A stretch of DNA of 64,000 nucleotides from IMG/VR virus record IMGVR_UViG_3300009788_000087, one strand, 5' to 3'. The notes below the pieces were generated by a model. It was not told where the DNA came from. It saw only the letters and a list, made by a program, of their open reading frames with translations, and did no database searches. Source of the DNA: a virus. This document shows positions 28,149 through 37,499 of the stretch, piece by piece. Numbering within the stretch: position 1 is the stretch's first letter; every line of letters starts with the position of its first letter. The translations under genes were made by a program, and so were the position numbers.

Positions 28149-29138
28149 ATGGAATTTAAGAAGTGGGTCAAGATCCACCAGTTTCACAATACTCGCAAGG
28201 AGATAAAGCGGAAGATAGACTACCAATTCAGTGTTGGTAATGTTGTACCCTTCCCCAAGGTGACATACCGTGCCAAGGTGAAGCTAGATGGAACCAATGC
28301 TGCAATCCGTATCAAGGATGGAGAGGTCAAGGTCCAATCTCGTAGTCGCTTCATCACACCTGAAGATGACAACTACGGATTCGCCACATGGGTGTACAAG
28401 AACATGGGCTTCTTCACATCGATCCCTGTTCCGTCGAATGTGGATTTCTGCGTGTATGGTGAATGGGCTGGGAAAGGTGTACAAAGGCGAACGTCAGTCT
28501 CAAAAGTAGATCGCAAGTTCTTTCCATTTGCCATCGTCCAGGAGGCTTTAATCTTCACAAACCCTGATAATATTCATGATGCTCTTGGAGATCATGATGA
28601 CATCTTCTCCATTCCGTATCTCGATGGCACCTATACGGTAGACTACGGTTCAGCTGAGTCTCTTTCTCTCTTCCTCGAACGAGTGAATGCTCTATGCGAT
28701 CAGGTGGAGAAGTGTGATCCATTCATTAGAGACCTGTATAATATCGAGGGTCTAGGTGAAGGTGTCGTCATGTATCCCGAGACTCCTATCATGGGACTCG
28801 AGGAATGTTCGTCTCTCATGTTTAAGGTGAAAGGTGAGGAGCATGAGACTGTACGACAGAAACGACCTGCTATCCTTGATCCTGAAGTGGTCAACTCGAT
28901 CTCTGCCTTCACACAAAAGTTCGTGACACCTGCACGCTTGGAGCAGGCAGTAAGAGAGGGATGCAATGGTGAGATTGATGTTAAGAAGACTGGCGACTTC
29001 CTAAAATGGATCGGCAACGATGTCAAGTTAGAATCAGAAGATGAGCTCGAAGTTGCCGGCCTTGAGTGGAAGCATGTTGCCAAGAAGGTGAGCCACACAG
29101 CACGTGAGTGGTGGATTAAGGAGTGTCAGAAGATTTAG
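28149..29138 (+). CDS. Rnl2-family RNA ligase
   Basis: KVKLDGTNAA, QSR, DNYGFA, YGEW, EGVV, FKVK. Confidence 0.85.
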   Translation: MEFKKWVKIHQFHNTRKEIKRKIDYQFSVGNVVPFPKVTYRAKVKLDGTNAAIRIKDGEVKVQSRSRFITPEDDNYGFATWVYKNMGFFTSIPVPSNVDFCVYGEWAGKGVQRRTSVSKVDRKFFPFAIVQEALIFTNPDNIHDALGDHDDIFSIPYLDGTYTVDYGSAESLSLFLERVNALCDQVEKCDPFIRDLYNIEGLGEGVVMYPETPIMGLEECSSLMFKVKGEEHETVRQKRPAILDPEVVNSISAFTQKFVTPARLEQAVREGCNGEIDVKKTGDFLKWIGNDVKLESEDELEVAGLEWKHVAKKVSHTAREWWIKECQKI

Positions 29139-29161
29139 TCCTACTAATCTACACGCACAGC

Positions 29162-29197
29162 AAAGGGCAGGTTCTTATGAGCCTGCCCTTTCTTTTA
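29162..29197 (+). terminator. intrinsic terminator at the convergence of the two transcription blocks
   Basis: AAAGGGCAGG-ttcttatgag-CCTGCCCTTT followed by CTTTT. Confidence 0.75.
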
Positions 29198-29313
29198 TGC
29201 TGCACTCTCCAGTCCACTCTCAAACTCTCATGCGCGCCCCTTAATACTCCATAGCCAACACCACTCATGCTCTCTCGTCGCCTCTCAGGAGTTCGAGCGC
29301 CTATACCGAAGTG

Positions 29314-29580
29314 CTATGGTGTGGCGCCGAGTGGGCCATCTCTATCTTCCGGGAATGTAAGCCACACTGGTTCATAACAAGCTAGACAAACACGGCCGTG
29401 GTCTGTTCCTAGAAGTGCGGTCGAGACGTGTTCATTAACACAGCGCCAATGTGTTTTAGGTTCCCACCAACGAGTGGGTTTGGTTCCAAAGACACCACCA
29501 CTCTCCTTCGGTCCGTCTTCTGCGTCTGCTATCGATTGAAGTTGGTCAACCAACAATGTCTGCGCGTAGTCGTCATACAT
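29314..29580 (-). CDS. hypothetical protein with Zn-binding motif
   Basis: WRCVNEH...CLAC. Confidence 0.6.
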   Translation of the reverse strand: MYDDYAQTLLVDQLQSIADAEDGPKESGGVFGTKPTRWWEPKTHWRCVNEHVSTALLGTDHGRVCLACYEPVWLTFPEDRDGPLGATP

Positions 29581-30052
29581 GATATCACTCTCTCTATCTC
29601 AAAACATGTGGCGAATTTTCTCTCGAGAGGAATGGCCGTGTAGGTCGTGCTTCGATACGACGACATTGCCACGTCCGTACCTGTCTCGCTGTTCCAGAGG
29701 CAAGGTGGTGTGGCTTACCTTTCCTTGCTTGGCCCGACCCAATCGCGGTTAATAATTCCACAGCCACTCCTCTCGAGAGATATTAAAATTTGAAATCAAG
29801 TTGAGATCTCAAACGCTGAAAGAACAGACGAGCATTCTCCTTGAATTTCTTGCTGAATTTGTCATGCTTGTCCATCTTCTTCTCGAGTTTCTTTATCCTA
29901 GACTCGAGTCTGTTTATCTGTGATTCATCACTCATTCATCTATCTCCTCAAAGCATCTTTGACACACGAACCAGTCCCACGCTCGGTAGGACTGGTTCCA
30001 TAGTTGTGGTTTATTACACCACCAGCATATGTATGTCTCACTCTCACATGTG

Positions 30053-30436
30053 TCAGACATCTCGCCATCGTCTACCGTCGAGGTGGTCAGGTCCAAAATA
30101 ATATCCTTTGTACCACCATGCTATATCTATCCACTCCCAAACTGCAAACGCCAAGAGCGGCCACCATAGTTGACCGATGAAAGCCCAAGCTAGACATAGA
30201 CACAGCGCTTTCCAGTATGGCGCAGCATAGAATAGACCAGCACTGAATGTCTCATCGTCTTTCTTGATCACGATACGTCCGAAGTACCAACGCTCTTCAA
30301 CTTTATGTGGCCATAGTTTAAACAATACGACCTCAGCGCCTGCTGCCCATGCTACTATAGCATGTGACAGCTCATGCAGAATGAGTGTCAGCGGTGCACC
30401 AATGATTAGGAAGCAAACAAAGTAAAGCCAATCCAT
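30053..30436 (-). CDS. membrane HExxH protein (M50-like peptidase)
   Basis: TLILHELSHAIVA within a hydrophobic helix; FYAAP. Confidence 0.65.
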   Translation of the reverse strand: MDWLYFVCFLIIGAPLTLILHELSHAIVAWAAGAEVVLFKLWPHKVEERWYFGRIVIKKDDETFSAGLFYAAPYWKALCLCLAWAFIGQLWWPLLAFAVWEWIDIAWWYKGYYFGPDHLDGRRWRDV

Positions 30437-30691
30437 TTAGATTATTCCACATTCAGTTACTGAAGTTATGTTGGCAAGATTGCCATACTTCCGTACTACT
30501 TCATATGCCTTAGTACAAATCCTTATGTCATCGTAACACGCTCGACCTAACCGCTCATTCGATTCTCCCTTTAGCATGAACCTGACATCAAAGCAGTATG
30601 ACAAAGGCGTGTCTGATAGACTAACACTGGTGACTGGTACGCTCTTGGCACAGCTCACTATGAATAGAGTTATGAGAATCCATCGAATCAA
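30437..30691 (-). CDS. small lipoprotein
   Basis: MIRWILITLFIVSC lipobox-like. Confidence 0.6.
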   Translation of the reverse strand: MIRWILITLFIVSCAKSVPVTSVSLSDTPLSYCFDVRFMLKGESNERLGRACYDDIRICTKAYEVVRKYGNLANITSVTECGII

Positions 30692-30954
30692 TTGCTACCT
30701 GATTCTTGATCCGAATCACCGACAGCAACTTCATTAACACTTCCACCCTGGTTCAGGACTACCTCCTGCACATGCCGTGCAAAGGTCAAACACGCAGATG
30801 AGAGGATAGTGATTGCTTGTATATGCAAGTCACCCTCAAAACCCTCAGCTTCAAGTTCTACCACTAAGTCCGCAATTCCCTCATTGCGAAAGTGGTCAAC
30901 GAGGTCACGGATCTTATCGATAGTCTTATCTGTTGATACACTAATCTTTGACAT
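30688..30954 (-). CDS. hypothetical protein
   Basis: ORF track. Confidence 0.6.
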   Translation of the reverse strand: MSKISVSTDKTIDKIRDLVDHFRNEGIADLVVELEAEGFEGDLHIQAITILSSACLTFARHVQEVVLNQGGSVNEVAVGDSDQESGSN

Positions 30955-30967
30955 GAATTATAACCTT

Positions 30968-31423
30968 TTATAGTGTTGCCCAACCATCGTGGATTTCAGT
31001 GGCTACTATTTCTTCACGCTCGACCACTTCGATCTTATCTTCAGTCGGCACGTCGGGTCCAACCGTGACAGGACCAGCAGCAACATTCATTTTATTCACA
31101 GCTTTAACTGCATTACATGACTTGGTAAGTGCTTCAAGCACAAGCTCATTGGATTGACTGAAGTCTAGTTCTCCGCGGACCGTGCCCATGCGCAGGTCCT
31201 TTGCTTCATTAGCAGTAATCTGTGTTACACCTGGACGATTGAGTGTAAAGCCCGCAAGGTGCACGCGTGAGACCTTCTTCGTCTTGGCCACGTAGATTCG
31301 TGCTGGACCTGGACCGTCAGAACACTTAAAAAATGCTGCCATCTCTTCAACCTCAAGACCAGCATCTCTAATAACATCCAACAGTGTTTCACGTTCAATT
31401 TTATTCAGTGTTTTATTCGACAT
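30968..31423 (-). CDS. uncharacterised paralogue family, copy 3
   Basis: FFKC...IYVAKTKKVSRVHLAGF...ITANEAKDLRMGTVRGEL; SD AGGAG; TGGTATAAT at 31444-31452. Confidence 0.8.
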   Translation of the reverse strand: MSNKTLNKIERETLLDVIRDAGLEVEEMAAFFKCSDGPGPARIYVAKTKKVSRVHLAGFTLNRPGVTQITANEAKDLRMGTVRGELDFSQSNELVLEALTKSCNAVKAVNKMNVAAGPVTVGPDVPTEDKIEVVEREEIVATEIHDGWATL

Positions 31424-31461
31424 AATTCTCCTATAGCAAATCAATTATACCATACATGGCG

Positions 31462-31989
31462 TTAACTGACAGGAGAAAAGGAAACATCTGCCAGCTCTAG
31501 GTCGGGTTCCCATGGATCATCGAGTATCTTCAGTGCTTGCTCCACGTGTTTATCAAGCAGACCATCGTTAAAGCCAGTCAATACGAGTCGATGTATTAAT
31601 GTTCCCATATCATCGCCGTCGTCAAGGATTACGAAACTCTCTATCGGATGACGATACAATCTCCATGTCTTGACGGTCCATGAAATTTCATCGCCACGTT
31701 CTTGTTGAGCTTGACCTGCTGTAGCTAGACTAGGTGTCGATCCTATAATACGATGACGTGGAACACCGTGATGACCAAGAATATCCTGAAGCTCAGGCAA
31801 CATGCATACTTTTCTCCATGAAGAAGACACTATGATGTATGCGTCAGTCGCATTAACGATATCCATGAGTCTTGCTACAGCAACTGGATCTATATCAGTA
31901 TGTGTACATATGCTCGTTTGTGGATCTTGTGTACGCATCCACTTCAAGCTATTCAGTACGCCATCGAAGTCAAGAAAGATTAGCTTCAT
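31462..31989 (-). CDS. HAD phosphatase, Swiss-army-knife RNA-repair type
   Basis: IFLDFDGVLN, IVSSSWR, FVILDD. Confidence 0.8.
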   Translation of the reverse strand: MKLIFLDFDGVLNSLKWMRTQDPQTSICTHTDIDPVAVARLMDIVNATDAYIIVSSSWRKVCMLPELQDILGHHGVPRHRIIGSTPSLATAGQAQQERGDEISWTVKTWRLYRHPIESFVILDDGDDMGTLIHRLVLTGFNDGLLDKHVEQALKILDDPWEPDLELADVSFSPVS

Positions 31990-32176
31990 TTTCTTTCTTC
32001 CTTAGTTTGAACCAATAGTATACAGTGAACGGTGTGCCCAACACCAAGAACGTTCCTGTGTATCCGACAGTATCATATCGACTTGTCATGAAACCGATCA
32101 CAACGAGCCATAGATTAAGAATAGACATGGACAGCCATATCCAGAACTTAAACTCTGTCCCGTCATACCACTTCAC
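31970..32176 (-). CDS. small membrane protein
   Basis: Two hydrophobic helices. Confidence 0.55.
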   Translation of the reverse strand: MKWYDGTEFKFWIWLSMSILNLWLVVIGFMTSRYDTVGYTGTFLVLGTPFTVYYWFKLRKKENEANLS

Positions 32177-32737
32177 TTAATTTAAAGTCCTCATTCTTTT
32201 TGCATCGAAGATTTCTTCTGAAAGTTTGATAGTTAGATCATCAAGCTTACGTTCTTCAAGTTTCACAAACACGTCATCACAACCATCATTAACTGTAGTT
32301 TCAAACACGTCAAGTTGCTCTTTCCACTCAGCAAGACTATTAAACTCATGCCTATAGAAATATCCTTCAGCGATGCCTTCCTCAATGCTGATCTCATTCT
32401 TTCTATTTACTTCGATAATCTCCTCAACGGTCATCTTCGGATAAGTTGTTGCCGGTGCAACACTCGTTTCCATTCGATCCATAACGAGCTTACATGTAGT
32501 TGCTGCAATCTCAATGTCATACACAACTAGACGTGAGATTGCATCGATCTCTTCGATTGGAGTATCTGGATCTTCTAACTTCACATCGAGAATATCAAGA
32601 GACTGATGCACGTTGTTACTTGCTTCCTCCATTGCGGGATTGTCATTTCTTGGTATTTGTTTGACGATAGCTTTCTGTTGATCAACCATTGCACGCATTG
32701 ATTCTCTAAACTTTTCTGGGTCGACTATTTTTGTCAT
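32177..32737 (-). CDS. hypothetical helical protein
   Basis: 186 aa; SD AAGGA. Confidence 0.7.
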   Translation of the reverse strand: MTKIVDPEKFRESMRAMVDQQKAIVKQIPRNDNPAMEEASNNVHQSLDILDVKLEDPDTPIEEIDAISRLVVYDIEIAATTCKLVMDRMETSVAPATTYPKMTVEEIIEVNRKNEISIEEGIAEGYFYRHEFNSLAEWKEQLDVFETTVNDGCDDVFVKLEERKLDDLTIKLSEEIFDAKRMRTLN

Positions 32738-32915
32738 GTTTACTTTCCTTTTAATTGATCTCTGATGCGTGTAAAGTATCCTGCCAAGAAACCAAAGGCA
32801 GAAGCTACAGCAACACTCGTCATATCATTATTTACGTAGATTGCAATACCTGCGCCGGCAGCTACAGTCACCATACGCAGTAATCCTATCTTTACAGCTA
32901 TGTCCATACGGATAA

Positions 32916-33638
32916 TTATCCGCTCAGGACAACCAAGGCACACCGATACGCTTCCATCGCCAGTGCATCTCCCTTATCAAAATTAAGCTGACCGCGCACT
33001 TTTCCAAGATGGCGGCGGCGCGCCTCTTCCTCAGTGAGTGAGATGACAGCTTCATGCTCGATGCAGAACCCACTGAGATCTACGCGTCCACCCTTTATTG
33101 CGATGTACACAGTCTTTCCCTTCACAGAGCCTGTGATCTTGTAGAAGCTAGACTTTTCATCAACTGTCAGGTCTTTTGCTGCAGCAAGCATGTCATCCAA
33201 GAGGTGTGAACCCTTGACCTGACGCTGACGTCGCTCTTTACGTTGGCGTTCTACTTTTTTACCAGCAGCTACGAGTCTCTTGCTAAACTCAGCATTCTGC
33301 TCGTTAATATATTCTATGTCTTTTTCATTCACAGGCTTGCACTCTCTTCCCGTATACTTAATGAATTCACTGCTATTGAGCCAAACCCATACAGCACGTT
33401 CGTAAACACCATCAACCTCAGCAATTGCATAGTCAGCGACTATACCTGTACAGCAGCCAGGCCAAACGATAACTGTCTCTCCAATTCGAGGTAGCTTAAA
33501 GTCACCAGTCCACAGTTTCTTTTCTTGGCCAGATCGCTGACATGCTGCATCCATTCGTGCCCAATCACAACCTTGCTTGATCTCGCTTTCGTAGTCAACA
33601 AGTTGATCACGCAAATCTCTCTCATCTTGGGTAATCAT
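32916..33638 (-). CDS. uncharacterised paralogue family, copy 4 (domain C-terminal, fused to an SH3-like N-terminal part)
   Basis: FYKI...VYIAIKGGRVDLSGF...LTEEEARRRHLGKVRGQL; ATG lies 6 nt after TATAAT. Confidence 0.8.
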   Translation of the reverse strand: MITQDERDLRDQLVDYESEIKQGCDWARMDAACQRSGQEKKLWTGDFKLPRIGETVIVWPGCCTGIVADYAIAEVDGVYERAVWVWLNSSEFIKYTGRECKPVNEKDIEYINEQNAEFSKRLVAAGKKVERQRKERRQRQVKGSHLLDDMLAAAKDLTVDEKSSFYKITGSVKGKTVYIAIKGGRVDLSGFCIEHEAVISLTEEEARRRHLGKVRGQLNFDKGDALAMEAYRCALVVLSG

Positions 33639-33644
33639 ATTCTC

Positions 33645-33674
33645 ATTATACCACGCGCATGTCTGAGTGTACAA
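33645..33674 (-). promoter_or_regulatory. phage promoter TTGTAC-N18-TATAAT
   Basis: Reverse complement reads TTGTAC actcagacatgcgcgtgg TATAAT. Confidence 0.75.
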
Positions 33675-33692
33675 TCATATTAGAATTTATTG

Positions 33693-34049
33693 TTAGCCGC
33701 ATTTCCTCTTCATATCTTCCATCATCATTAGATATCTTTTATCCGTTCGCTCATCGTAGATATCCCCCTCTCGAGAGAGTGTCAACATGTTTGACTTCGG
33801 CATGTTTGGCCATAGAATATTGATGACAGCTGGATATTCATCGATACTTTCCGTACGTGCGATATTACCTCGACTGATAGAGATATCGATAGTGAATTCG
33901 GAACCATCCTCTGTCTTGCCTGAGGCTAAGAACTTTACTCGACCATCGACTCGGCACCACTCAGGAATGTAGTAATCAAGTACATCGCTGACAGTGGTGC
34001 CGTCAAAGTCTTTCTGATGCCTATCGAAATGAAAAGTGCCTGTACTCAT
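33693..34049 (-). CDS. hypothetical protein
   Basis: ORF track. Confidence 0.6.
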   Translation of the reverse strand: MSTGTFHFDRHQKDFDGTTVSDVLDYYIPEWCRVDGRVKFLASGKTEDGSEFTIDISISRGNIARTESIDEYPAVINILWPNMPKSNMLTLSREGDIYDERTDKRYLMMMEDMKRKCG

Positions 34050-34168
34050 AATCCCTCAGAAAATGGGGACCACCAGAATTCTCGGTGACATGAGGAGGAA
34101 GGACTGGTTATCCAGCCCGGATCGAGAGAGAGTGCCACTGATCGTCTCTGGTGGTCCCGTATAGTGTG

Positions 34169-34354
34169 TTAGCTTGTCTTCGCGTCCTGGTCCCTAACCT
34201 TCTCGTCGAGCGTCGACTTAAGGAGATTGACAGCAATCTTCTTGCGGGGCTGCCATGAACACAAACCCTTGTAATCGCCCTTCGCAACTCGGGCAACCCA
34301 GTACTTCTTATCGTTGAAGTATGTGGTGATGACGTGATTTCTATAGACTTCCAT
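34169..34354 (-). CDS. hypothetical protein (HicB-like size and pattern, weak)
   Basis: SD AGGAG; YWVARV..GLCSW. Confidence 0.5.
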   Translation of the reverse strand: MEVYRNHVITTYFNDKKYWVARVAKGDYKGLCSWQPRKKIAVNLLKSTLDEKVRDQDAKTS

Positions 34355-34541
34355 TATCTGCTCCTACAACCACGGGATTCCATTCTCGTCCAGCTCTTCC
34401 TTCTTCTCATCCTTGTCTTTATCTTTGTCCTTATCATCTTGTGCTAGTGGACCGCCTTTCGCATAGGGACCATAATTATACTTTGCAGCAAGTTTCATCC
34501 ACGGTGATCCACCGAACATATCTTCTACTTGTTGTGTAACT

Positions 34542-34778
34542 TTATTGCTCATTGTTTCTCTCCTCTGTGATTGATGTTCGTCGTCCAACTTCAAAAGTCT
34601 TTGTGTTATTACGCGTCTCATCTTCATAACACACGTATTCAATATTCACAGACCCACATTTACTACACCACTGTATACGGTCTTCATAAATACCAAACAT
34701 ACAAACGAAAGCATACACTTCAATAAAGTCATGCTTATGTGGATTTACTTCTGGCACGTGAACACTCCTTGCAAACAT
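34542..34778 (-). CDS. hypothetical Zn-ribbon protein
   Basis: WCSKCGS. Confidence 0.55.
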   Translation of the reverse strand: MFARSVHVPEVNPHKHDFIEVYAFVCMFGIYEDRIQWCSKCGSVNIEYVCYEDETRNNTKTFEVGRRTSITEERNNEQ

Positions 34779-35094
34779 TAAACTCGAAACTAACAGCTGT
34801 CGAGCGCCATGCTTTGATTGAGTACGGTATGACAGACACTAAAGCCCAACACATAAACAGTGACACAAGCCAGTGCTCGTCCATGAATTCCCAGATATTC
34901 ATAACTTAATCTCTCATAAATAACCAAAACATAAATGCTAAAAATGACAATGACAATAATAATGCTAATACTTCTGCTGTGTTATCATCCATCGATCAGC
35001 CTATTCGAATCAGGACCATGACGCCATTCATCATATTTCTTGCGTGCTTTCCAGCCTCCGTATAGTCCTACTACAATGAGTATCGTTGTAATCA

Positions 35095-36087
35095 TTAGTT
35101 ACATTCGACATATACATGTCGCCTTCTGTTGAGAGTCTCGAACCCGACAATCACATTGTTCTTCTTTAGGTCAGCCTCGGCACGACTGAGTACATCACGC
35201 CAGAAGTTACCGCTGCAGTTTCCACTCCACTCAGACGTGATCCATTCCACGACACCGTTATGTTCGTTGTAGGAGTAACCACTCAGTTTCTCACCTTGGA
35301 GTAGAAGCTCCTTCGCTTTCTCAACGAAGTCATCCTTCTTCCTGGCAGAACTGATTCGACTGACTGCTTCCTCTGCGTTTTCAATTAGGCGGAAGTCTAT
35401 TCCGTGTGCTGTCATTGGAAACTCGTACGGCATGTTTCCAGGACCGAATCGATTCTTGGTCAGCTCAAAGACACGGTTGCCCGTGTCTCTATTGATGTCA
35501 AGGCGTGCGTGTACATCGACAGCATGCTTCAGCACCATGGGACCAGCGAATGTGCCGCCCTTCGTGATGTGTCCGACAAGGACGATGGTGATGCCATGAT
35601 CATTAGCGAATCGTACCATCCTATTTCCAACGTCACGAATAAGACCTTGTCCATTTCGATCACCATATGTCAGCGTCTGAATGGAGTCTTGGAATAAGAT
35701 ATCTGTTCCGCTCTCAAGAACATGTGCTAGTAGATCATCAAGCTCTGAGAATTGAGAGATGTTGAAGTCTGCCTGAAGCTCAAGACGATTGGCACGCATC
35801 TTCACCATGTACTCATTCTCCTCTCCAACATTGAAGAGAATCTTGTGACCTGTGTGTCGGCTCATTAGATCAGCCAACTGCAGTGACATAGTGCTCTTGC
35901 CTGCACCTGGAAATCCAGTAAACAGAACTGTTGCACCAGGAAGAATCCCTGGCATGTCCTGTCCACCAAAGATCTCATCCAGGAGTGGGACACCCGTTGT
36001 AATCCTGTTGTAGTATTTCTCAGGAACCTCTACATCCCTGAGTTTATGTACGTTGCCGCTCACATACCCGAGCTTCATCGCTGTCAT
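35095..36087 (-). CDS. radA: RadA/Sms-like RecA-fold ATPase (core only)
   Basis: GFPGAGKST, GEE, DSIQT, VGHITKGGTFAGPMVLKHAVD, KNRFG. Confidence 0.85.
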   Translation of the reverse strand: MTAMKLGYVSGNVHKLRDVEVPEKYYNRITTGVPLLDEIFGGQDMPGILPGATVLFTGFPGAGKSTMSLQLADLMSRHTGHKILFNVGEENEYMVKMRANRLELQADFNISQFSELDDLLAHVLESGTDILFQDSIQTLTYGDRNGQGLIRDVGNRMVRFANDHGITIVLVGHITKGGTFAGPMVLKHAVDVHARLDINRDTGNRVFELTKNRFGPGNMPYEFPMTAHGIDFRLIENAEEAVSRISSARKKDDFVEKAKELLLQGEKLSGYSYNEHNGVVEWITSEWSGNCSGNFWRDVLSRAEADLKKNNVIVGFETLNRRRHVYVECN

Positions 36088-36126
36088 TCGCTCTCTCCTC
36101 CTTGTGGCTTTATTGATTGAGAGTCT

Positions 36127-36156
36127 AATATATCACAAGTGTGAGGGAGAGTAAAG
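36127..36156 (-). promoter_or_regulatory. promoter CTTTAC-N18-TATATT for radA
   Basis: Same TAC-N18-TAnnnT geometry. Confidence 0.5.
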
Positions 36157-36161
36157 GTGTT

Positions 36162-36449
36162 TTAGTTTAGTCCTTCTCTTCCACCGCCTGGTTTTCCTGG
36201 GTTCGTGTCAGTGGATACCTCGACGAAATAGGACTCGTCATCATCGATCAGATCACCAGGTTCGATGTCATGCTCACACTCACACACGCCACACGCCACA
36301 CACTCATCACTGGTATCATCTAAGTCAGCGAAAATATCAGCAAGCATTTTCTTTCGAAACTGACGGTCACCCCATTTCATTCCACAAAGGAAGATTAAAG
36401 CCACAGCAATAAGAACAAGAAGCACAACAATCAAATTACTCACGATCAT
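36162..36449 (-). CDS. membrane-anchored hypothetical protein
   Basis: N-terminal TM helix; CVACGVC. Confidence 0.6.
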   Translation of the reverse strand: MIVSNLIVVLLVLIAVALIFLCGMKWGDRQFRKKMLADIFADLDDTSDECVACGVCECEHDIEPGDLIDDDESYFVEVSTDTNPGKPGGGREGLN

Positions 36450-37065
36450 ATCTCCACCCAGTTTCTTGTTTTATCCACGTCAATCTCTCTGATGTCATGC
36501 ATTGTGTTTGCAATCTATAGTCTTCATCATTTTTATATCTTTCAATAAAATGTAAGAAGTCAAACCAGGATTCTACATGCACGTCAGCGCACTGCTCGCC
36601 CCTATTCCATGGTCTGTCTAGACAGACTGACGTGCCACGGAAATCACGTAGATTATGTGCTCCATCATCAAACAACATATCTCCATTGATTAGTTCCTTA
36701 CGATGGCAGACAATGAAATTACTAAGCTTGAACCACGGCATGTAATCACGAAGCCAGTCTTTCTTCTCTTCCACTGCAGTACTTGATCTAATCGGCGAAG
36801 CTGTAGCAATTACTATATCATTGCCATAAGATAATTTAACGGCTCCATCGAGGGCGCCGTCAACGGGTTCCATGTTGAAATAGAATCCAGGTTTACTGAG
36901 ATAATCATAGATTTTCATTCCACACTCAGGCTTTACCCAATAGTGTATGTTCCATCCTCTTATATCCTCGAGCGTGCGGTCATCATCATAGTCGATGTTG
37001 TATGCATCGAGCCACGCTTGATTTGTTTGAACGAGGATGTCATCCATGTCGAGGACGATTAGCAT
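36436..37065 (-). CDS. 5'(3')-deoxyribonucleotidase (HAD, NT5C family)
   Basis: VLDMDDIL, IATAS, EKKDWL, KELINGDMLFDD, DRPWN. Confidence 0.88.
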   Translation of the reverse strand: MLIVLDMDDILVQTNQAWLDAYNIDYDDDRTLEDIRGWNIHYWVKPECGMKIYDYLSKPGFYFNMEPVDGALDGAVKLSYGNDIVIATASPIRSSTAVEEKKDWLRDYMPWFKLSNFIVCHRKELINGDMLFDDGAHNLRDFRGTSVCLDRPWNRGEQCADVHVESWFDFLHFIERYKNDEDYRLQTQCMTSERLTWIKQETGWRYDRE

Positions 37066-37499
37066 TAACGAGTACCATGTTTCCATGCATCACGTTCAGA
37101 TATATCAAACTCATCTTTAGCAAGTGCAATATCTAGATTGACTTCGTTATCTAGAGTCGGACGCTGCAGTTTCTCACAATTCCGCCTCTCTTCCTTGGCA
37201 ATCTTATATGCAAGTAGAGAATACACGAGGTTGTCAAGCAGCTTCTCTTCAATGGGCTCACCTTTCAACGTTTCACCTCGCACCCACTTCTTAATAGACC
37301 TGAGGTGCTTATTCAGTCCGACACCGAGAGCCTGACGCATCGTAATCCCTAAGTCCTTAGCTGTCTCACGGAATTCAGCAAGTCTATCACCTTCTTCAGC
37401 GTAGTCGATTGACTTGGTCTTTAGAATACGAAGAGCCTTGTCGATTAACTCGTCAAAGTCTTCGTCATTAGTATATTTGCTGTGTCCTTTATCACTCAT
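37065..37499 (-). CDS. nucleotide-modification-associated all-alpha protein (DUF1599 / dNTP pyrophosphohydrolase-like)
   Basis: KSIDYA..DRLAEF..KH..EPIEEKLLDNLVY. Confidence 0.55.
   Translation of the reverse strand: MSDKGHSKYTNDEDFDELIDKALRILKTKSIDYAEEGDRLAEFRETAKDLGITMRQALGVGLNKHLRSIKKWVRGETLKGEPIEEKLLDNLVYSLLAYKIAKEERRNCEKLQRPTLDNEVNLDIALAKDEFDISERDAWKHGTR

Noticed and set aside
29590-29940. Apparent non-coding gap with an SRP-like GGAAAGG word
   Set aside because: Filled by two small minus-strand ORFs with good SDs (MSDESQINRL..., MELLTAIGSG...); SRP domain IV consensus not matched
36133-36144. TCACA/TGTGA as a CRP site
   Set aside because: Wrong half-site order and spacing (CRP is TGTGA-N6-TCACA)
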